Shown here in pieces: positions 57,686 through 64,000 of a stretch of 64,000 nt of DNA. Both the position numbers and the translations under genes were made by a program. This DNA is from an uncultured cyanobacterium (GTDB lineage: Bacteria > Cyanobacteriota > Cyanobacteriia > Cyanobacteriales > CAWCAG01), in contig CAWDOD010000001.1 of NCBI GenBank assembly GCA_963803805.1, positions 95,975 to 159,974 of the forward strand, in the 5' to 3' direction. The notes beneath the pieces are model-generated. The model saw only the letters and a list, made by a program, of their open reading frames with translations. It did not search any database and was not told the DNA's origin. Within the stretch, counting starts at the first letter, position 1, and every line of letters begins with the position of its first letter.

Positions 57686-59766
57686 CTAAGCTAGTTTAGC
57701 TCTCCTCAAAAGCACAGCATTAATCGCTACAATAACTGTTGACAAACTCATTAACAAAGCTCCAACAGCAGGAGAAAGCACAAAGCCCCAAGCAGAAAGC
57801 ACTCCAGCCGCTAAAGGAATAGCCAGAAAATTGTAACCTGTGGCCCAAAAGAGATTCTGAATCATCTTACTGTAGGTTTTCTTTGCTAAATTCAGAGCCT
57901 TAACCGCATCTAAAGGATCATCTTCAATTAAAACTAAATCAGCAGATTCAATAGCTACATTAGTACCTGCCCCAATTGCCAAACCCATATTAGCCTCCAG
58001 TAATGCTGCTGCATCATTAACCCCATCACCAACAAAAGCCGTTGGTTGCTCTTGTTTGAGCCGTTTGATAATATTTACTTTGTCTTCAGGTAATACACGG
58101 GCATAGTATTTATCAATACCCAAATCCTTAGCTACGGTTTTAGCAACCGCCTCCGCATCCCCTGTAATCATTACTGGTTGTATATTTTCTGCCTTTAACT
58201 TATTAATGCTTTCCCTGGCCCTTTCTCTAACCTTGTCTGCTAAAGAAATAACAGCGATCGCTCTTTCCTCATCCAGCAAAACCACTGCGCTTTCCCCTCT
58301 CTCATCGGCAATTTCCAAGCCCCTTTGCAAAGAAAAAGGTAAATTCAACTGCAACTCTTCAATCCATTCTGGTCTACCAACTTGATAAATTTTACCATTA
58401 ACTATACCTTTAACCCCTCTGCCTGTAACGGTTTCAAAATCCCTCATCTCAGGTAAATCTAGTTGTTCAGTTTCTGCGGTTTCAACTATCGCTTTACCTA
58501 AAGGATGTTCTGAAGAAGTTTCCAAAGCTGCTGCGATCGCTAAAGCTTCCTCTCTATGCAGACTATCAGTATAAACTTTCTCTACTCCAAAATGTCCTTC
58601 TGTCAGGGTTCCCGTCTTATCAAAAGCCATAGTCTTAATATCTTTAGCCCTTTCTAAAGCATCACGATTACGCACCAAAATACCATTCTTAGCAGCCAAA
58701 GCCGTAGAGTTAGCAATAACCAAAGGTATAGCTAAACCTAAAGCATGGGGGCAGGTAATTACTAAAACAGTTACCGTGCGGTTAATAGCAAATACTAAAT
58801 CAGATAAAGATAACCAAACAATAAACGTCAACGTCCCTGCTGCAATCGCAATCAAAGTTAGCCAAAAAGCAGTACGATCTGCTAATACCTGATAACGACT
58901 GCGGGAATTTTGCGCTTCCTCCACCAAACGCATAATTTGGCTTAGGGTAGTTTCATTGCCAGTACGAGTAACTTTAACTTTAACCGAACCAGCATTGTTA
59001 ACCGAACCAGCAACCACCTCATCCCCTTCTCCTCTAGGAATGAGACGAGATTCCCCCGTTAAAAATGATTCATCTACTTCCGTTGTTCCTTCGATTACCT
59101 CCCCATCGTTAGGAATTTGTTCCCCAGGACGAATCAAAATGACATCCTTTACCTTCACCTGAGTAACAGGTACGTCCTCGACTTTACCATTGCGTAACAA
59201 ATGGGCTTGGGCTGGAACTAATTCTTTAAGAGACTCCAAAGCCTGGGATGCACCTTGTACTGAAGCCATCTCTATCCAATGCCCCAGCAGCATAATATCC
59301 ACTAAAGTAGCCAATTCCCAATAAAAAGGCTCCCCCTCAAGTCCCAAAGACACCGCTAGGCTATAGACAAAAGCTACAGTAATTGCTAAGGCAATCAAGG
59401 TCATCATACCAATCTTGCCCTGCAACTCTTGCCCTGCAACTCTTGCCATGCTCCTTTAAGGAATACCCAACCTCCATAGAAGTAAATAATAATTCCAAAA
59501 ATAGGATTGATCCAGTTAGAAGCAGGAAATTCGGCAGCTTGATAGCCTAACCAACTTTGCAGTTGAGTTGAAAAGTAAAGTATTGGTATGGTTAAGATTA
59601 AACAGATAAAAAAGCGACGCTTAAATATTTCTGGACTATGGCCAGCGTGTTTGTCATGTCCACCATGACCGTGATGACTGTGATGACCGTGAGGCCCATG
59701 ATGAGAGTTACGATGATGTTGATGTTCTTCTCTAATCTCTTCCATAAAACCTATCCTGAAATGCAA
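57686..59766 (-). pseudogene. P1B-type (CopB-like, His-rich N-terminus) copper ATPase, frameshifted
   Basis: TGES, CPH, DKTGT, GDGVND; 14-bp tandem duplication at 59413-59440 splits the frame. Confidence 0.9.
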
Positions 59767-59774
59767 CTATCTTT

Positions 59775-59806
59775 ACTTTCCAATCTCCACTCCACTGGAG
59801 AGTCAA
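59775..59806 (-). promoter_or_regulatory. MerR-type promoter/operator
   Basis: TTGACT with CTCCA...TGGAG dyad; -10 is weak. Confidence 0.55.
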
Positions 59807-59843
59807 ACAACTGTTAACTTATGCGATCGCAATTTGTCCTCCA

Positions 59844-60296
59844 CTACTCCATCAAAGCTTTCATAATTCGTATTTCCTCCTTTTGGGTTTGAACAATCTC
59901 TGTACATAACTCTTCAATAGGAGGATTCGTTATAGAAGCTTGCTGACAAACAAGAATAGCCGCAGCATGATGGGGAATCATTGAATGGAGAAATTGCTGA
60001 TTTCCTACTCCTGTTTGCGATCGCAAAAGAGTCCAGAACAAAACTATCGCTACCGTTGCTACTCCCAGAAGTATAAAGTTCAACTTCTTGTTGTGGTACA
60101 TCGAACCCATTGTCAATAACATAATAATCAGCATTGGTGCAATCATTAGCCCTGCCATGTACACTTGGTTGAGACTAATAAACAAATTGCTGAATACATT
60201 CACCCGTGAAAACATTAAAGCAAACATCACGACATAAGAGATTGATAGGGAAATCAGCAAGCGAACATAAGGGTTCATATCTAATTTAGATTTCAT
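59844..60296 (-). CDS. DUF305 membrane protein
   Basis: FLHSMIPHHAAAI...QKEEIRIM. Confidence 0.85.
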   Translation of the reverse strand: MKSKLDMNPYVRLLISLSISYVVMFALMFSRVNVFSNLFISLNQVYMAGLMIAPMLIIMLLTMGSMYHNKKLNFILLGVATVAIVLFWTLLRSQTGVGNQQFLHSMIPHHAAAILVCQQASITNPPIEELCTEIVQTQKEEIRIMKALME

Positions 60297-60428
60297 AATT
60301 AATTTTCAAACCCCATAAACTGGCTAGGTTAAACAAACTTTTCTTCGGGTTATTGAGCAACGTTGAACACTTTTTAGGGGATAAAGAACAAATATTACCT
60401 TGCTCCCCATCCCCCAAATCCTAATTGT

Positions 60429-60764
60429 CTAAGCAGCAACAGCAGCAATCTTCTTATATTCTTCCACTGCTTCCTTACAAGCTTGAGCGCACTTTTGACA
60501 ATGATCCATATTGTGAGAACCACATTCATCAGCACAGGCTTGGCAAATCTCAGCACAAGCCTTAGCTAAATGAGCAATAAAGCGAGAACCACGCACCATA
60601 TAAGTCGCCAAAGTACGACAGATTTCTGCACAATCTAAGCAAGTACGAGCGCATTTAAACATATCAGGCTTTCCTGTACAAGCCTCGGCACAATGTTCAC
60701 ACTCTACTGCACATTTCATGGCGATATCAAAACTAGATTGATATTTTTCATGAACTAACAACAT
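60429..60764 (-). CDS. Four-helix-bundle copper storage protein (Csp3/DUF326)
   Basis: Repeated CxxxCxxCxxxC motifs. Confidence 0.9.
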   Translation of the reverse strand: MLLVHEKYQSSFDIAMKCAVECEHCAEACTGKPDMFKCARTCLDCAEICRTLATYMVRGSRFIAHLAKACAEICQACADECGSHNMDHCQKCAQACKEAVEEYKKIAAVAA

Positions 60765-60989
60765 TAGATGTTTCCTATTACTTTATTTCACAATAAAACA
60801 ATAAGATAAACAGTCTCATTACTGCTTCTCTCAACCGAAGTAATAAGAAAAATATAATATTATCTCTTAGGTTTTATTAGCATTTCATCACGATTTCATC
60901 TTTATTTGATAAGGCAAGGGATTAAATTACAGAAATTAGTTTGTTAGCATTAATTGATTGTCTTTAATTCAATCGATTAATGCCTATCA

Positions 60990-61244
60990 TTAGCTTTTTT
61001 GCCCAATACCAACAGCCTTTAGCTGGTCTAGGTCAGGTTTCCCTATTAATACTAAATGACCATTAACTGAGATTGCTGGAACTCCATTAACTCCATATTC
61101 CTTTGCCTTAGCAAAATTGTCCTCTTCCCTCAAATCGTAAACTGATACCTGGCAACTAGGACAAGCTAATTCCTGTACCAACTTGACAGTTTCATCACAT
61201 AAAGGACAATCGGCAGTAAAGATTTCTACTTGGCGTTTATTCAT
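60990..61244 (-). CDS. Thioredoxin/glutaredoxin-like protein
   Basis: CPLC, CPSC, GVPAI. Confidence 0.85.
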   Translation of the reverse strand: MNKRQVEIFTADCPLCDETVKLVQELACPSCQVSVYDLREEDNFAKAKEYGVNGVPAISVNGHLVLIGKPDLDQLKAVGIGQKS

Positions 61245-62053
61245 CTTTGAAACTTGTATTCTCTAATATTCTGCACTTGAACGGCTTCAACAGACTCTAC
61301 TTCTTTTGTCTTTGTTACCTCCGTTTCTGATGTCGCAGCAGAGAAAATCAGCATTGCTCCCATAATTGCCATAATTGCATTCTCAGTAAAGCTAACCACT
61401 CCCAAAGGGGCTTTAGAATTGCCCCCCACACAAGCGCAGTTGAGTGCCAACTTGTCAATATATACCGCTTTGAATACCGAAACGCCTCCGCTAACACCAA
61501 TAAGCAAAGAAGTTATCCCTGTCGCTAAAGGGGCAATTCCAGAAAGAAAACCCAGTCCAATTGCTAACTCAGCAAAGGGATAGACTTTTGCATAAGGTTT
61601 AACTCGTTTGGTTATCAAGTCATATTTAGCAAAACTCTCAGCAAAAGATTCAATATCCATCAGCTTTAAAGAAGCTAGTAGGGACAAGGAGTATCCCATA
61701 AATCCCGTTACTCCCGCAGTAGTTGCCAAAGCCATTAGTCCTGCGGTGGAAAATATAGCGATGACAGGAGTGTAAGAATATTCTGCACCTTCTGCTTCAA
61801 CGTCTAATTTTTCAGCTAAATCTGTGTAACCACCAACTCTTTCCTCACCAAAGAAAATCTGCGGTGTGGTTGAGACTTGATGCTTTGCTTTAAATGCTTC
61901 AGTTTCTTCTTTCGACTTCAGTTTGTTATCTTCAAACTCAATTTCCTTTTCCTCAAGTAAGTTGACTGCCTTTAACCCCCAAGGACATTCGTGTTCTGGG
62001 GTAGACATTCTATACAGTCTCACTTTCTCTTTGGTAGTTGTAGTATTAGCCAT
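61241..62053 (-). CDS. Glutaredoxin + MauE/DoxX membrane protein
   Basis: CPWG, TTPQIF, GGYTDL, CACVGG. Confidence 0.85.
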   Translation of the reverse strand: MANTTTTKEKVRLYRMSTPEHECPWGLKAVNLLEEKEIEFEDNKLKSKEETEAFKAKHQVSTTPQIFFGEERVGGYTDLAEKLDVEAEGAEYSYTPVIAIFSTAGLMALATTAGVTGFMGYSLSLLASLKLMDIESFAESFAKYDLITKRVKPYAKVYPFAELAIGLGFLSGIAPLATGITSLLIGVSGGVSVFKAVYIDKLALNCACVGGNSKAPLGVVSFTENAIMAIMGAMLIFSAATSETEVTKTKEVESVEAVQVQNIREYKFQR

Positions 62054-62085
62054 GATTTTATTTAGTTTCAGTTTCCTATAAATTT

Positions 62086-62117
62086 ATGATAAAGTCTCTA
62101 AATTACTGGAGAGTCAA
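62086..62117 (-). promoter_or_regulatory. MerR-type promoter with 20-bp spacer
   Basis: TTGACT-N20-TATCAT with TCTCCA...TAGAGA dyad. Confidence 0.65.
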
Positions 62118-62179
62118 GGCTGGACAGCATAAATTCTACTGAAGTAAATTCAACAAAGAAAGTAGAGCCTAATTAACCA

Positions 62180-63652
62180 TCAAGCTTGAATCATCAAATT
62201 CCCCATCATGCCTAAATCTTCATGGTCAAGAATGTGACAATGATAAACAGTTTTACCAGCAAAGTCCCGGAAGGGAATGCGAACACGAACAGTTTCATTT
62301 CTCTTAACCAAAACAGTATCTCGCCAAGCCAATAGTTTCTCTGTTTTTCCATCACGACTAATTACTTGAAAAGCGTGGCCGTGAACGTGGAAAGGATGAT
62401 CCATCACTCCAACATTACTTATTTCCCAATCTTCTACAGTACCTAATTGGGCTTTTGTATCTATGCGATCGCCTTTGTAAGGTTCACCGTTAATTAAAAA
62501 GCCCATGCCTACACCAGGATTCATACCGTGATTGAGTTCAAAACGTCTCACCTGTTGGGTTTCTGGCAAAGCAGGGATAGATGCAAGCTTACTTGGTAAA
62601 GATAAAGATAGGGATTCAACAGGAGATTCGTAGTTCAGTGTAGCTAAGGTAAGAGGTTTGTCGCTGGGATTATTTCTATTCCCCCCCATCATTCCTCTAC
62701 CACCCATCATCCCTATACCACCTCGGTCATAAGGTAAACTAACTAAGCGATATTTTCCAGGTTTGTGATTGCCTTTAACTAAAACTTCAGCACGTTGTCC
62801 GGGAGTTAGCAGTAATTCCCTAACTTCTACTGGTTCATTAAATGCCCCGCCATCGGTAGCAATCTGATAGAAAGGATGATCTTCTAAAGCCAGTCTATAA
62901 AAGCGGGAAGGAGAAGCGTTAAGAATCCGCAACCGCAACAATCCTGCTTCTGATACAGAAAGACGGGGATTGACTTGCCCGTTGACTGTGATTATATCTC
63001 CTTCTCGCCCTGCCATTAGAGACATATGCTTAGAAGCCATTGGTTTACCATCTTTATCTAAAGCAAAGTCTTGCAGTACCAGAAATTCTTCCTTTGCTGC
63101 TTTTATCTCCGGAATTTCGTCTAACTCACCCCGTACAATAAATAAACCTGCTAACCCCCCAAACAATTGTTCTGCCACTAAACCGTGGAGATGAGGGTGA
63201 TACCAAAAGGTTCCAGCCGGATGATTAGGGGGAATCTGAAATTCATAGGTTAGTTTGTCCCCTGGTTCAATTTTTAGGAAGACATTATCTGCATTACCTG
63301 TAATGGGAATATGCAACCCGTGGTAGTGAATATTGGTTGCCTGGGAGAGGTTGTTAGTAAAGTGAATGCGAACCTGATCCCCTGCTTTCGTTTCCAAGCG
63401 GGGTGCAGGAACTTGTCCATTGTAAGTTAATAAATATGCTTGCTTCCTACCCAAATTAACAAGGCGTTCACTAGCTTCCAAATCTAACTCTAGTAAACCA
63501 CCTTTGCTTTGATGGAGTTTAGGTAAATCCAGAGACGAATTTGATGAAGCTTGGGTGTTACTAGCCTGATTTCCGGCACAACTGGCAATGATAGCAGATC
63601 CAGCACTAGCAGCACTTAAAGTGAGAAACTGGCGACGATTAATTCTAGCCAT
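62180..63652 (-). CDS. Multicopper oxidase (CueO/SufI-like), Tat-exported lipoprotein
   Basis: NRRQFL, IASC, HYHG, WYHPH, HPFHVHG, HCHILDHED. Confidence 0.92.
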   Translation of the reverse strand: MARINRRQFLTLSAASAGSAIIASCAGNQASNTQASSNSSLDLPKLHQSKGGLLELDLEASERLVNLGRKQAYLLTYNGQVPAPRLETKAGDQVRIHFTNNLSQATNIHYHGLHIPITGNADNVFLKIEPGDKLTYEFQIPPNHPAGTFWYHPHLHGLVAEQLFGGLAGLFIVRGELDEIPEIKAAKEEFLVLQDFALDKDGKPMASKHMSLMAGREGDIITVNGQVNPRLSVSEAGLLRLRILNASPSRFYRLALEDHPFYQIATDGGAFNEPVEVRELLLTPGQRAEVLVKGNHKPGKYRLVSLPYDRGGIGMMGGRGMMGGNRNNPSDKPLTLATLNYESPVESLSLSLPSKLASIPALPETQQVRRFELNHGMNPGVGMGFLINGEPYKGDRIDTKAQLGTVEDWEISNVGVMDHPFHVHGHAFQVISRDGKTEKLLAWRDTVLVKRNETVRVRIPFRDFAGKTVYHCHILDHEDLGMMGNLMIQA

Positions 63653-63653
63653 G

Positions 63654-63725
63654 ATTGATTAGATGAAGTTGTGTTAAATTGATTAGATGAAGTTGTGTTA
63701 AATTGATTAGATGAAGTTGTGTTAA
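63654..63725. repeat. 24-bp perfect tandem repeat x3
   Basis: ATTGATTAGATGAAGTTGTGTTAA at 63654, 63678, 63702. Confidence 0.95.
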
Positions 63726-64000
63726 TAAGATTGATATTCCTTAAATACTTCAACTTCCCCTTTATCATCGAACGCTAGTACTTGAAACGGTTGCTTGGTT
63801 TCCCCTGCTTCCATCCCTGGTGTCCCCAGAGGCATTCCTGGTACAGCTAAACCTACCATTTCTGGTTTTTTAGCTAAGAAACGTTTGATATCGTCAGCAG
63901 GGATATGTCCTTCCATAACATAGCCATCAATGATAGTGGTGTGACAAGAAGCTAATTCTGCTGGAATATTATGTTTTTGCTTGAGAGCTTCCATCTCTTC
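63722..64000 (-). CDS. DUF411 metal-binding protein (5' end outside the window)
   Basis: SCHT...EGHIPA...GLAVPGMPLGTPGME. Confidence 0.88.
   Translation of the reverse strand, partial: EEMEALKQKHNIPAELASCHTTIIDGYVMEGHIPADDIKRFLAKKPEMVGLAVPGMPLGTPGMEAGETKQPFQVLAFDDKGEVEVFKEYQSY

Overview
Cyanobacterial, probably plasmid-derived DNA: HIP1 GCGATCGC octamers are frequent and a DUF3854/CyRepA1-type primase-helicase Rep lies at 1074-4757. Blocks: (1) Rep, ribbon-helix-helix (RHH) regulators with a phased operator array, and an operon of small membrane and coiled-coil proteins ending in an FtsK/HerA-like ATPase (1-12.5 kb); (2) a sigma-70 factor and DNA-modification-type genes (DUF4007, C5-MTase, TnpB-interrupted TGT-like gene, PAPS-reductase-like, MT-A70) plus an NB-ARC/WD40 protein (12.5-30 kb); (3) a tyrosine recombinase followed by an ~18-20 kb defence/diversification segment with an adaptation-only CRISPR module (RT-Cas1, a degenerate second Cas1, Cas2, two same-repeat arrays with homologous leaders, an orphan inverted repeat variant, and a small wHTH gene among TATGAG boxes) and a caspase-MoxR-vWA-FGS conflict system served by a complete diversity-generating retroelement (Avd, RT, TR, two VR targets) whose TR 3' half looks already mutagenised; (4) a copper-resistance cluster (51.6-64 kb) whose P-type ATPase is frameshifted by a 14-bp duplication. 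ISAs1, IS630 and IS605 elements have cut several modules. All family calls come from motif recognition by eye; no database searches were run.
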